Assembly (NCBI RefSeq): GCF_006345805.1
Contig: NC_043004.1
Span: 64,542,001 to 64,606,000, forward strand
Origin: Octopus sinensis
Taxonomy: Eukaryota
Reading direction: 5' to 3'
DNA: 64,000 bases
Each line of letters starts with the position of its first letter. The first letter of the stretch is position 1. Positions 12,506-25,972 of the stretch are shown one piece after another. Position numbers and translations under genes: made by a program. The notes beneath the pieces are model-generated. The model searched no databases. It worked only from the letters and a program-made list of their open reading frames with translations, and was not told the DNA's origin.

Positions 12506-13746
12506 ACTAACAATACATTTATGCCCTAACCCACTGTAGAAGTCTGGCTGCACACCAACTGAAAATATCAATGCAGCATATACCTCTGGACAATATGTAC
12601 AATAGCATTTCTATTCCCAGCTACTAGTCAGTTATTTAATATATTCTAAGGTCGCAAGAATTTCACAGAGTGAATGAGTTAGAGAGAGAAAGAGAGAGTG
12701 AATTGAAGAATGATAGGTAGAAAAAGAGTGAGAACAAGAGAGGGGAGTGAGGGAGAGAAGGAGAAAAAATTAAAAAAGAATCAAAGTTCGAACAAATGAT
12801 AGATAGATAGATAGATAGAAGGATGGATGGATGGATGGATGGAGAGGTAGATAGATAGATAGATAGATAGAAGATAGATAGATAGATAGATATAGATAGA
12901 TAGATAGATAGATTGGAAGCTAGGTGAAAACGAGGATGTAAAAGATAATGAAAGAGTGAATGTGTGTGCGTGCATGTGTGTGGGGGGAGGGTGTGCGTGT
13001 GTTTGTGTGTGTGTGTGTGCTTGATAGAAATGAGAAAGACAGAATAAGAACAAGAACTAGGGTTAATGGGAGAAAGAGAGATAGTGGAAAGATGAGGTGG
13101 ATGACTGTTGTAGAGTCTATAGATTGATCAAATTTGCACAACCTAAATGGTGTGTGTTGAAGAAAACCAAATATTCTTGATAAAGAATCACGAAGTACGT
13201 GACATTGACCTCTTAGAGTGATATGATAGAAGAACGAGCATCTTATTGGTGATAATATTGATTTCTAACAATGCGAGAGGGCCACAGCTTTTTGAGAAGA
13301 AGGGCAGAGGCAAATAAATTGAAGCCCAAATTGTGACTGGTACTTTTTTTTGAAAAACATGAAAGACATGATTGGAGTTATTTAGCCTTAGGCTAGCCAT
13401 GATTGAGTCAATAGGTATTTTGATGTAAGTTGTCATTTAGCATTTAACATGTAAAAGAAAGCTCCTCCCAATAGATAGACAGACAGACAGACAATAATGA
13501 ACTAAAGAATCAGTAATCAATACTGTATTTAATTAATTTGATTAGCTGACAACAAATGTTGACTGCTACTTGCAAGTTTCCTTATGTAGAAATTTCATGC
13601 AGTTCATCAGCCTGCCACATTGGAATGTATTCCAACAAGTAGCTATTGACATTGTTTCCAATTGATCCAATTATAGATAGACAGACAGACAGATACACAT
13701 AGATAGATAGATAAAGTGATAGATAGACAGACAGTGATAGATAGAT

Positions 13747-13792
<46 letters not shown>

Positions 13793-14038
13793 AAGTTTGT
13801 GCATAGAAGAATATATTAATCAATAAAATTCCAAGTCTGGTTTTTCTGTTTAATTATTTGCAATTTTTACAATTTTGCAACATTAAAATAAACTAGTACT
13901 TTCATGCATTATGCAATCATCAGGTTCATGTAATAACAGTCGTATTCCACAATTATATATTCCACAATAAATATATATCATCATCATCGTTTAACGTCCA
14001 TCTTCCATGTGTCTGTTATATATATAATATATATATAT

Positions 14039-14249
14039 ACTCTTTTACTCTTTTACTTGTTTCAGTCATTTGACTGCGGCCATGCTGGAACACCGCCTTT
14101 AGTCGAGCAAATCGACCCCGGGACTTATTCTTTGTAAGCCCAGTACTTATTCTATCGGTCTCTTTTTGCCAAACCGCTAAGTGACGGGGACATAAACACA
14201 CCAGCATCGGTTGTCAAGCAATGCTAGGGGGACAAACACAGACACACAA

Positions 14250-14286
<37 letters not shown>

Positions 14287-14453
14287 TACGACAGGCTTCT
14301 TCCAGTTTCCGTCTACCAAATCCACTCACAAGGCATTGGTCGGCCCGAGGCTATAGCAGAAGACACTTGCCCAAGATGCCACGCAGTGGGACTGAACCCG
14401 GAACCATGTGGTTGGTTAGCAAGCTACTTACCACACAGCCACTCCTGCGCCTA
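14039..14453 (-). mobile_element. tRNA-derived SINE, family A, full length with CpGs retained
   Basis: Complete head, central microsatellite and tail. Confidence 0.9.
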
Positions 14454-14754
14454 TGTATATATTATATATATATATTATATATATATATTTTTTGATCTTC
14501 ACTTATTATTATTTTTTTTTTTTTCTACTTTCTATTACGTATTTATGTACTGTAAATGAAGAAAAAAAGACACTGAAAAGCCCGTAAAATGAAAGAGAAC
14601 CTGTATAAACTTTAAACAAATACTAATTTTTATAGAAGGTCATAGCTTGTGTGCTTTTTTTCCTCATTTCTGTGTTGCCAACAATTTGCTGTTTTAAGTA
14701 GATCATAATGGGGGAATTCAGACTTGGGGAATCTAGAAGTCCATCAGTTCATTG

Positions 14755-15070
14755 TCACTATGTGATATGCAAATATGTCTGTACATGAAGATATTGCTCT
14801 CAGCAGCTTCCTGAGTCTGGGAAAGATGGTTCTGCAATCTCTTGCTGAACAATCTGCTCAGATTATTTGTTTACCTCGATCAAATGTTTGTGCAGTACAT
14901 GAGCTATCTCTATCTCTCCTAACTGACATTGCTTGTACAGACGCATGAGCGGCCACATATCCGATATCGAAGTGATTGTAGAACGACGAGATGAAATCTT
15001 TTGCTCAAGAACATAACACACTGCCTGGTCCATGAATTGAAACCATGATTTTGCGATCATGTGGATGTAC
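14755..15070 (-). mobile_element. Degenerate SINE (family F-like)
   Basis: The minus strand has GGTTTCAATTCATGGACC...GTTCTTGAGCAAAAG, similar to 24560-24630. Confidence 0.45.
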
Positions 15071-15099
15071 ACATGTTACAAGTATACATGTATGTTTAA

Positions 15100-15303
15100 A
15101 GTATGGCCGTTTGCCAGCCCCGTCTGGCACGTAAAAAGCACCCACTACACTCACGGAGTGGTTGACGTTAGGAAGGGCATCCAGCCGTAGAAACATTGCC
15201 AGATCAGACTGGGCCTGGTGCAGCCTTCTGGCCTCCTGGACCCCAGTTGAACCGTCCAACCCATGCTAGCATGGAAAACGGACGCTAAATGATGATGATG
15301 ATG
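15100..15303 (+). mobile_element. Family C retroposon 3' part
   Basis: AGGAAGGGCATCCAGCCGTAGAAAC...CCATGCTAGCATGGAAAACGGACGCTAAATGATGATGAT. Confidence 0.8.
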
Positions 15304-15357
15304 TATATATGTAAAATATATATATATATGTATATATTTATATATGTATATATATAT

Positions 15358-15400
<43 letters not shown>

Positions 15401-15422
15401 TATATAATATATATATATATAT

Positions 15423-15917
15423 ATATTGTTATATTCGGAATGTTCATTTTGCCAGTTAGCCAATAAAAACACACGCACTATATATTTGGTGTATTTATAT
15501 TTTACATTAATCTTAATCTTATTTCGGCCAGAGTTCTTTCGTCACACTCCTGTGAGCACATCAGTGGTCCTTTGTTTTCTTCTTTCTTATTTGTGTCTCT
15601 CCTTACTAACCGTCAGCCATTTTGTATTTCTATTGTATGGCTTCATTTGCGCATGCTTATATCTCTACGTGCATCTATGTTTAGTTAGTGTGTGTGTGGG
15701 GGGGATGCCTGTAATATTTGTATCTTCTGTTTATATACGTTCATGTAATTTGTTTTTGTTATTTTGTTCATGTGTTTACATCCACTTATTATTATTATCA
15801 TTACGTATGCTTGTATGTATGTATGTATGTATGTATGTATGTATGTATGTATGTATGTATGTTTGTATGTATGTATGCATGTATGTATGCTTGTATGTAT
15901 GTATAACAACAACACTA

Positions 15918-15950
<33 letters not shown>

Positions 15951-16877
15951 CAAAACACATCTTTTAAATTAAACAAAAAAAACTTATATAGTTATTTATT
16001 TCTATTTGTTTATTTATTTGTGTATTTTATTTATTATGTTTTCGGTTTTGTTTAAGGAAGGTAAAAGCTCATCGATTCTGTACCAACACACTGAACAGGA
16101 ACACGGGGGATCAATCAACAACATAGAAGTTAAAATCTTGTCCACACATAGAACAGATGCAACAATCAGACAAATTACAGAAGCTACACACATAATAGAA
16201 GATAAACCTAGCCTGAATAGGAAACTGGAAAGGAACACTAGCACCCACCACAACATATGACGGTAGAGGATCCCCATAAGCTGGTTACAATATAAACAAA
16301 ACCGAAAACATAATAAATAAAATACACAGATTAATAAACAAATAGAAATAAGTAACTATATAAGTTTTTTTTTAATTTAAAAGAATTTTTTTAATTTATT
16401 ATTATTATTACTAGTATTGTTATACATACATACATACATACATACATACGTACATACGTACAAGCATACGTAATGATAATAATAATAAGTGGATGTAAAC
16501 ACATGAACAAAATAAGAATAAACAAAAACAACAAAAACAAATTACAAATTACATGAACATATATAAACAGAAGATACAAATATTACAGGCATCCCCCCCA
16601 CACACACACTAACTAAACATAGACGCACATAGAGATATAAGCATGCGCAAATGAAGACATACAATAGAAATACAAAATGGCTGACGGTTAGTAAGGAGAG
16701 ACACAAATAAGAAAGAAGAAAACAAAGGACCAGTGATGCGGTCACAGGAGTGTGACGAAAGAACTCTGACCGAAATAAGATTAAGATTAATGTAAAAAAT
16801 AAATAACACCAAATATATAGTGCGTGTGTTTTTATTGGCTAAACTGGCAAAATGACCATTCCGAAATATAACAATAT
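15423..16877 (+). mobile_element. 5'-truncated Penelope-like element with an inverted copy of its 3' region
   Basis: Inverted arms at 15423-16054 and 16293-16877 flank a spacer encoding the C-terminal end of a GIY-YIG endonuclease. Confidence 0.75.
16055..16260 (+). pseudogene. C-terminal remnant of a PLE GIY-YIG endonuclease
   Basis: LYQHTEQEHGGSINNIEVKILSTHRTDATIRQITEATHIIEDKPSLNRKLE fits the H..H...V.IL...R.I.EA..I....P.LN pattern of PLE endonucleases. Confidence 0.7.
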
Positions 16878-17184
16878 CTGTTTCAACACACGACTTCACA
16901 TAAAAAATCTGGCACAAAAATATATATATATATATATACATATAAATATATATATATATCAGACACAATAACAAAATATGAACTCCTATCAGAATCTACA
17001 TAACATGGTCAAGAAGCATTTCTACCCATTCTACTCAACACTTTCCTTGGATAATGGAACTGCAACTGCAGCATCCTACATATACTTTTAATTTTATCTA
17101 TATTCTCTTATTTACCTTTACACTTTCTATATCCATCCCTTTCCAAAATAACTCCTTATATTTCCCTCTAGTTAACTCTCTTAT

Positions 17185-17239
17185 ATTGTCTCTGATGAAG
17201 GGGCATCCGCAATATCCCAGAAACAGCTGTAAGACTAAT
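17185..17239 (+). ncRNA. Minimal type I hammerhead ribozyme motif (PLE-type)
   Basis: ATTGTCT-CTGATGA-stem II-GAAAC-AGCT-GTA-AGACTAAT. Stem I is GTCT/AGAC plus ATT/AAT, and stem III is the palindrome ACAGCTGT. The first stem II pair is a non-canonical A-A. Confidence 0.7.
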
Positions 17240-17323
17240 CTTTTCTTTATAAATGTCCTAAAAATTCCACACAACCTTGTGTTAACAAACTAGATGAGGA
17301 CAAATATCCATCAAATGTAAATA

Positions 17324-17379
<56 letters not shown>

Positions 17380-17381
17380 GT

Positions 17382-17576
17382 AGGGGAGCAAGCTGGCAAA
17401 ATGCTTAGTGGCATTTCATCTGTTTTTGCATTCTGTGTTCAAATTCCACTGAGGTCAACTTTGCCTTTCGTCCTTTCAGGGTCAACAAATTAAGTATCAG
17501 TTGAATACAGGGATCGATGTAATTGACTTACCCCTCCTCCAAAGTTGCTAGCCTTGTGCTAAAATTTGAAACCAAA
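17382..17576 (+). mobile_element. SINE family B
   Basis: AGCTGGCAAAATGCTTAG...GTTCAAATTCCACTGAGGTCAACTTTGCC. Confidence 0.75.
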
Positions 17577-18194
17577 AACCAATTTCTCTGTCCATTACAT
17601 TTTTATGTTTTTTAATTCTTCTTAGACCATTGGTGCAAGGACAACAAACTCAAACCAACAATTCTCCTAATCCTAGGGAATGTCCTATGGAGGTCTAGTT
17701 TTTTAAAAGTCACCTAAATGGGACCCTACTAACCCCATCTTCCCTAATTTTTACTGCATTTTAAATTAAATACGTAGCCTTGGCAACCAAATTAGAGCAA
17801 TAACAATGCATTTCGTACCATGAACACCCAGGGAATATCAAAAGGAGGTTCAATTTCTGAAGGACTGCTTAAGTGGGCGCCCCACTGACCCCCACTTCTA
17901 TTTTTACTGCATTTACCTTGCTCCTACACTTAATGATTAAACTAAGATCAGTATCAGTGCTTAGCACATTTGCAGGAATAGGCTTCATTCTACAAAGGTT
18001 GAGGGTCATGAAACAAAGATCTCAAAGTTGCCCTCCACAGGAACCAGCCTGTATACAGCCTGAAGGGTTGGTTCAAGGCTACTATATGTATATGTGCCTG
18101 GTACTTATTCTATCAGTTTCTTTTGCCAAACCACTAAGTTATGGTTGTCAAGCAGTGGTGGGTGACCCCAAAAAAGGCACAAACACAAATCACA

Positions 18195-18560
18195 TGCACT
18201 TATCACCCTCATCATCATTAAATGTCTGCCTTCCATGCTGGCATGGGTTGGACAGTTTGACAGGAGCTGGCCAGGCAGAGGACTGCACTAGAATTCTATG
18301 TCTGTTTTGCATGGTTGGATACCCTTCCTAACACCAACCACACTGTAGAGTGACCCAAGTGCTTTTTTTATGCGGAACCAGCACAGATGTGGTCAGTTTT
18401 GGCAGATGAGGTCAGTTTTTTTACAACTGGATGCCCTTCCAAATACCAACCACTTTACAGCGTGGACTGGATGCTTTTTACGTGGCACCAGCACTGACAG
18501 GGTCACCAAGTAACTTAGAAGACATAGATCCTTTGAGAGGGCAGGGGGCATTGGAGGTGA
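18195..18560 (-). mobile_element. Family C retroposon with an internal duplication
   Basis: TTCCATGCTGGCATGGG tail and two GGATRCCCTTCC..CCAACCAC blocks. Confidence 0.65.
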
Positions 18561-18772
18561 TCTTGTACTAGATATATGTATATGTAAGATTAAAACCTGG
18601 CACAGAAGGATGACAAAAGGATGAATGGAAGTTTCACACTTGAGACGTTGACATAGTCTTTCCTTCTAAAAGTCATAACAATCTCACGCTTTTTAATGAT
18701 AATTTTCTGTTCATTTTGGTGGCATCAACAGCAAAATGGTGCTGGGAATAATGAGTGTAAAGGACAGTGACA

Positions 18773-18907
18773 CAGCAGGCTTCTTTCAGTTTCCCTCTAC
18801 CAGATTCCCTCACAAGCCTTTGGTCAGTCCAAGGCTATAGTAGAATACACATGTGCAGAACCATGAGGTTGGGAAGCAAGCTACTTACCTCACAGTCACA
18901 TCTGCGC

Positions 18908-18910
<3 letters not shown>
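18773..18910 (-). mobile_element. SINE family A, 5' half (internally deleted)
   Basis: GGCTTCTTTCAGTTTCC...AGCAAGCTACTTACC on the plus strand. Confidence 0.7.
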
Positions 18911-18942
<32 letters not shown>

Positions 18943-19150
18943 CACTCTTTCTCTTTTACTCTTTTACTTGTTTCAGTTACTTGACTGCGACCATGCTGGT
19001 GCACCGCCTTTTAGTCAAAGAAATTGACCCCAGGACTTAATCTTTGTAAGCCTAGTACTTATTCTATTGGTGTCTTTTGCCGAACCGCTAAGTAACGGGG
19101 ACGTAAACACACTAGCATCGGTTGTCAAGCGATGTTGGGGGACAAACACA

Positions 19151-19187
<37 letters not shown>

Positions 19188-19377
19188 ACACATATATATA
19201 TATACATATATACGACGGGCTACTTTCAGTTTCTGTCTACCAAATCCACTCACAAGGCTTTGATTGGTCCGAGGCTATAGTAAAAGACACTTGCCCAAGG
19301 TGCCATGCAGTGGGACTGAACCCGGAACCATGTGGTTGGTTAGCAAGCTACTTACCACACAGCCACTCCTGCACCTA
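18943..19377 (-). mobile_element. SINE family A, full length
   Basis: Complete head, microsatellite and tail. Confidence 0.9.
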
Positions 19378-21460
19378 TATATATATACACACACATACGC
19401 ACACACACACATTTAGTAGGCAAAAAGTTCCTGGCCAAAGGAGACATGTAAAGAAGATCTGAAGAAATAGAAGAACAGCGGACAGACAGATGGCTTGATA
19501 GTTAACTGAATCTATTGACAAACATTCCCCATTCGCCATTCCCCACTAAAACAACCTTCAAAGTAATTCTACAATTACCTGAGACACGGAAATAATTGCT
19601 TTTTACCAAATCACTTTTAAGAAATATAATTTTCTGGTTTTCTACTATAATTTTTATCCTATATATTTCTCCCTTTTCTTTTACATTGTAAATTATTAAT
19701 TTTTTTCCGTTTCCATGGCAATTTTTAGTTATTTTCTTCTTCTTTTTGTGTATTTTATTTATTTACTTCAGGAATGTGGGTGGGGGTTAAGAATTTGTTG
19801 TTGGTGTTTTAATTCTGCACATATGTGTATATGTGCAAATGTATGCATGTGTGCATTTCGTTTTGCATATTTGAGTATGCATTCATAAGAGACTAGGCAA
19901 GCATGCATATATGCACACTGGTGCACATTCTATAAGTGGTGTTTCCATAAATATGCAAGTATGCATATGCTTACACATGTGCATGTGTGCATATATATAT
20001 ATAAATATAAACATATACACATACGCATCTGCTTAAGATCACGTGAGCAAGGGAGTGCACATGTATGCATGTGTGCATTTCGTTTTGCATATTTGTGTAT
20101 GCATTCATAAGAGACTAGGCAAGCATGCCCATGCACACTGGTGTGTGTGTATATAAGACTGTGTGTATGTGTGTGCATGCAGGTATATATTTAGTACAAC
20201 TATAGACGTTACATATCACATGTGTGTGTGTTTGTATGTACACACACTTGTGTATATATGTGGATGTGATTGAGATGGAAACTTTTTGTATACACATATA
20301 TAGCTATGTGTGCATACACACATACACACAAATGTGTGTGTAAATATGTGTGAGTGTATGTGTGTGTATATATATATATATATATACTCCTGTGTATCTA
20401 TGTCGTAAGGATGGCAACTTTGTATAGGCATGTACACATAGGTGCATACACACATGTATGTATGTATATATGTGTGTGTGTGTGTGTGTAAGTGTGTATA
20501 TGAATGTGTGGGATTGTTTGAAACTTTTCATAGTCACATGCATGTTTTTGTGTGTATCTGTTAGCATGCATACTTCCATCTATGAATGTGTGTGTGTGTG
20601 TTGTGCGTGCGCATGCAGGCATGTGTGTACATGTGTATGTATGCCTCTCTGTATGTGTGTGTGTGTGTGTGTGTATACACGTTTTCTTGAAAACTTTAAG
20701 GCAACTGTAAATGGCAGGTTCTGTAAAATATTAAACTAGATTATATTTACTGCACAAGACAGACATACAGCCACACACACACATACATACATGAACACAC
20801 CTAGACTAACATGGATACATGCACACATAAGCCAACACATGCACTGATGTGCATACATACACACATGTACACAAATTCACTGGTGCACATGCATTCACCA
20901 ACACATATATACCAATATGCATACACCAACACATACATGCACACAGCAACGCACATAAAAACATACACACATAGACTAATGCATATATATGCATACACCG
21001 ACTCACATACACACACACATGCATACATCAATATGCCAACACACATAGATACACGCCAATGCACATAGATTGACATGCATACATACACACACATACACAC
21101 AGACTGATATGCTTACACACACACACACACATACAAAAACAGGCATAAACAACACACACAGGCAAATGCATTCTCGTTCTCAAGCATGCACACGTGTGCA
21201 CCCAGCCACACCCACACACCCACACATCCTCACACACATACACATATCCTTGCACACACACACATCCTCACTCACACACATCCTTCACCACACACATCCT
21301 CACTCACACACATCCACACACACACATTCTCACACACACATCCTCACACATACACACACACACAACTGCCACCATTACTACCACTACTACTAACACCACT
21401 CATAGTATCACCACATCCACCTCCACCATCATCACCACAGCCACCACCACTTCTACTACT

Positions 21461-22021
21461 ACTAGTACTACTGCTTTACCACTAAACTACTACTACTATT
21501 ACTGCTACTAGTACCACTGCTTTACCACTAAACTACTACTACTATTACTGCTACTAGTACCACTGCTTTACCACTAAACTACTACTACTATTACTGCTAC
21601 TAGTACCACTGCTTTACCACTAAACTACTACTACTACTATTACTGCTACTAGTACCACTGCTTTACCACTAAACTACTACTACTATTACTGCTACTAGTA
21701 CCACTGCTTTACCACTAAACTACTACTACTACTATTACTGCTACTAGTACCACTGCTTTACCACTAAACTACTACTACTACTATTACTGCTACTAGTACC
21801 ACTGCTTTACCACTAAACTACTACTACTATTACTGCTACTAGTACCACTGCTTTACCACTAAACTACTACTACTACTATTACTGCTACTAGTACCACTGC
21901 TTTACCACTAAACTACTACTACTATTACTGCTACTAGTACCACTGCTTTACCACTAAACTACTACTACTACTATTACTACTACTAGTACCACTGCTTTAC
22001 CACTAAACTATTACTACCACT
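21461..22021. repeat. Minisatellite, about 12 copies of a 46/49-bp unit
   Basis: The unit is TAGTACCACTGCTTTACCACTAAACTACTACTACT(ACT)ATTACTGCTAC. Confidence 0.9.
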
Positions 22022-22867
22022 GCAGTGACACATTAATTAATGAGGTCACTGCACCTGTGAGAAATAACAGTCAAATACCCCTCAAATAATACCATATTGT
22101 TTCAAAAGTGAAGGACACATTAGATAAAGTGGTGCAGAGTACATTGAACCCAGGTAATAAGATGAGAGCTCATAGTACCACCACCACCATTACTACTATT
22201 GGCTCTGCTACTATTACTACTACTACTACTAATAATAATAATAATGATAAATATAATTCATCTGCCATTACTTGCTTTCTACTACAACCACCTTTACTTA
22301 TACTGCTATGACTGCTGCTATCAATATAACTAATATTACAATTAATAATACCACCACTACTACTACTACCACCAACACCTTTACAACTACTATCACTAGA
22401 AAATCTATCACCACCACCACCACCACCATTTACACCTCCACAACCACCTACCACTGTCATCGCCCCCACCGTCATCAGTCACTACAAGCGGCTCTACCAC
22501 CTCCACAACTAGGACACCCTGCATCTCTGCCACCACCACCACCACCACCACCACTCAGTAAAATATGCTGAGGAATTTAATTGCAAAAGGAATGTTTATG
22601 CCTGCACGTGAATGGCAGAAAATGCACTTAGTTGCATTTCAAAGTGTCTCTCGGCTGCATTACTGTCTGTGAGTCAGCAAGCATACTGTGCATGTATATG
22701 CACACAGGCATATGGATGCACAATCGTGCATGCATACATGAATGCAATTACGCACATAGATACACCGTTCAGTAATCTACATAGATTGATAATGGAGAGA
22801 CAGAAACAGGGGTTGACAGATAGATATATAGCTAGATTGAAAGGTAGATAGCATGATCTGCATGCAT

Positions 22868-22914
<47 letters not shown>

Positions 22915-22963
22915 TCCATCCTTATCGTACATCCATTTTCCATGCTGGCATGGGTTAAGATGG

Positions 22964-23012
<49 letters not shown>

Positions 23013-23015
<3 letters not shown>

Positions 23016-23259
23016 GGGTGGTGAATATATTGTCGTTCTAAATTTTGCAAAAATGAAAATAACACTATCATATTTTAACAGATATATTTACTAAAATTAC
23101 ATAAAAATATATCTTGAAATACTAAAGAGTAAATTTATTCATAAAAATTGCCATCGGCTTCAACCATCAGCTCCAGACAACTTCAGAATCTCCTGCAGCT
23201 CTTCTGGACGGTCTCCTTGTTTAAGATGGTGAATGTTGTCGTAATCCTTGCCTTCAGCC
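23013..23259 (-). mobile_element. Tc1/mariner remnant (3' end plus TIR)
   Basis: The end is TA|CAGGGGTGG. The minus strand reads LKARITTTFTILNKETVQKSCRRF*SCLELMVEADGNFYE*, homologous to the transposase C-terminus at 470-620. Confidence 0.75.
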
Positions 23260-23421
23260 TGAGGCAGTAATAAACATTTATCCAAAATGACATGCAGTGG
23301 GACTGAACCCAAAACCACATGGTTGAGAAGCAGACTTCTTAACCATAGAACCATTAATGCGAAAATATCTATATTTAAGACATTTGGTGTGTTTTGTTGT
23401 ATGGCTACGAAACATGGACAT

Positions 23422-23786
23422 AATTCTTTTATTTGTTTCAGTCATTTGACTGCCTTCAGTCGAGCAAATCAACCCCAGGACTTATTCTTTGCAAGCCTAG
23501 TACTTATTCTATCGGCCTCTTTTTGCCGAACCGCTAATTTACAGGGACATAAACACATCGGCATCGGTTGTCAAGCGATGTTAGAGGGACAGACACAGAC
23601 ATATATATATATATATATATACGATGGGCTTCTTTCAGTTTCCGTCTACCAAATCCACTCACAAGTCTTTGGTCAGCCTGAGGCTATAGTAGAAGACACG
23701 TGCCCAAGGTATCACGCAGTGGGACTGAACCCAGAACCATGTAGTTCGTAAGCAAGCTACTTACCACACAGCCATTCCTTCGCCTA
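23422..23786 (-). mobile_element. SINE family A
   Basis: Head, body and tail, with a short internal deletion near the tail. Confidence 0.85.
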
Positions 23787-24075
23787 TATTATATTCAAAA
23801 TATGTTAGACAATTAAAGTGTTTTCCACAAAAGTGCCTTTGAGAGATTTTCTGTATAACTTGGGGTTAGCAAATGTAAGCTTAGTAGCTCACTTGCAACC
23901 AAACAGACTGAGGTGGGCAGCTCATGTAGTTTATACAGAAGAAGAAATAATTCCAAAGCACCAACTCTATTGAGAACTGTGTTCTGGGGAAAAAATGTTG
24001 CTACATTAAGTACGTACTTGGTTATTTAAACAAAATTACTCATCATCATTGTTGTTTTAATATCTACTTATTTAT

Positions 24076-24290
24076 AAGGCAGCGATCTGGCAGAAACATT
24101 AGCATGCTGGGTGAAATGTTTGGCATATTTCATCTGTCTTTATGTTCTGAGTTCAAATTTCACCATGGTCGACTTTTCCTTTTATCCTTTCAAGGTTGAT
24201 AAATTTAAGTACCAGTTGTGTACTGGGGTCAATCTAATCGACTGGCCCCCTCCCCCAAAATTTCGGGTCTTGTACCTAGAGTAGAAAAGA
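24076..24290 (+). mobile_element. SINE family B
   Basis: GGCAGCGATCTGGCAGAAACATTAGC...GAGTTCAAATTTC. Confidence 0.8.
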
Positions 24291-24534
24291 ACATCCATTT
24301 ATATATGCTCGCATGAGTCAGATGGAATTTGTTGAAGTAGATGCTCTATGTCTAGTTGCCCTTCCTGTCACCAGACCTCACCTGTTTCCAGGTAAGATAA
24401 TACTTCTCCATGGCCAGGCATGTTTTCACAGAAGATTAGAAAGGTAGGACAACACAATGACACTCATTGACAACTATCGCACGATGTGACAGCAAGGAGA
24501 CAGTAAGACACATACACATGTGTGGTGGATGGGT

Positions 24535-24760
24535 AGAGGTGAACGGCATAGTTGTTAGGGGGTTGAACTCATGATCGTAAGGTTGTGGTTTCGATTCTGA
24601 GACTGGGTGACATGTTCTTGAGCAACACACTTCATTTTATGTAGCTCCAATCCATTCAGCTGGCAAAAAGTAGTGATCCTGCAACAGACTAGCTTCCTAT
24701 CCAGTGGAGAATGTATGTGCCATGGAACTAGGAAACCAGCCTTATGAGTCTATATGACTC
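24535..24760 (+). mobile_element. SINE family F (CORE-like)
   Basis: tRNA-like GGTTTCGATTC, then GTTCTTGAGCAACACACTT...CAGCTGGCAAAAA. Confidence 0.55.
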
Positions 24761-24792
24761 GGGAAAGATCTTTATCCATTTTTATCCTCACA

Positions 24793-24960
24793 TATACAAC
24801 AGGCTTCTTTCAGTTTCCATCTACCGAGTCCACTCGTAAGGCTTTAGTTAGTCCAGAGCTATAGTAGAAAACACTTCCCCAAGGTGCCACCTAGTGGGAC
24901 TGAACCCAGGACCATGTAATTTCAAAGCAAATACCTACCCACAGAGCCACGTCTGCACCT
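24793..24960 (-). mobile_element. SINE family A, 5' half
   Basis: AGGCTTCTTTCAGTTTCC...CCCAAGGTGCC...GGGACTGAACCC. Confidence 0.75.
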
Positions 24961-25066
24961 AGCCACATATACATGCAAATTACTGCAGAATCACAGACTC
25001 AGTGAAAGATTCTAAAATACCAATACAACTAATACTATTACAAGTAGCTGAGGAGATAAAACATAG

Positions 25067-25122
<56 letters not shown>

Positions 25123-25939
25123 AAAAAGAAAGAAACAAAAAATAACCAGAGATGTTTCCAAGACAATGGACATTGGAATTACTGAAAAATCTTGAAGAAA
25201 TATCTCTCTAAGATCAGGAATCACAGATATTGTGATATTTGGCAAAAGATTCCATCTGATGCAGAGAGAATTCTTGTCAGTAATATTTCACATGGATACA
25301 TTGATGAAATGCAAAAATTCTTTAGAGATGTGTATTGAAAGAAGAAAAAAGAAACGTGTGTGTGAATGTATGTGTATATATACTGATATATGAACACGTG
25401 CATATATACATGTATGTATGTATGTGTGTATATATAGGTGTGTGTGTCTATATAATGATATATATGTATATATATATATATATATTTACTCACATACATA
25501 TACACATATATACATATGTGTGTATATATTGATATATATATACAAATGTGTATGCATATATGTGTGTGTGTATGTGTGTGTATGTATATGTGTATACATT
25601 GATATATACACATGGATATTTATCTATGTATACACACACACACATGTATATATCACATGTATATATGCATGTGTATATATTGATATATATATATATATAT
25701 ATATATCTGTGTATTGGTATGTAAATATGTGTGTAAGTATTTATGTATGTATATGTAAATAAATGTATGTGTTTCAATGTATGTGTACCTACACATACAT
25801 GTGTATGCGTGTATATTTGTTTGTGTGTATTATAATCAAATTTTAATGCCCTCCACACAACTCCGTTCATTCATCTTTCTACATCTATGGAATTCGTCTG
25901 TGTTATGTCTGCCTGTCTGCAGCCCTCCTCCCTCCCTCT

Positions 25940-25972
<33 letters not shown>

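Noticed and set aside
21461-22021. CRISPR-like array (also considered for 53365-53720)
   Set aside because: There are no unique spacers in the first array, the context is eukaryotic, and no cas genes are present; these are minisatellites.
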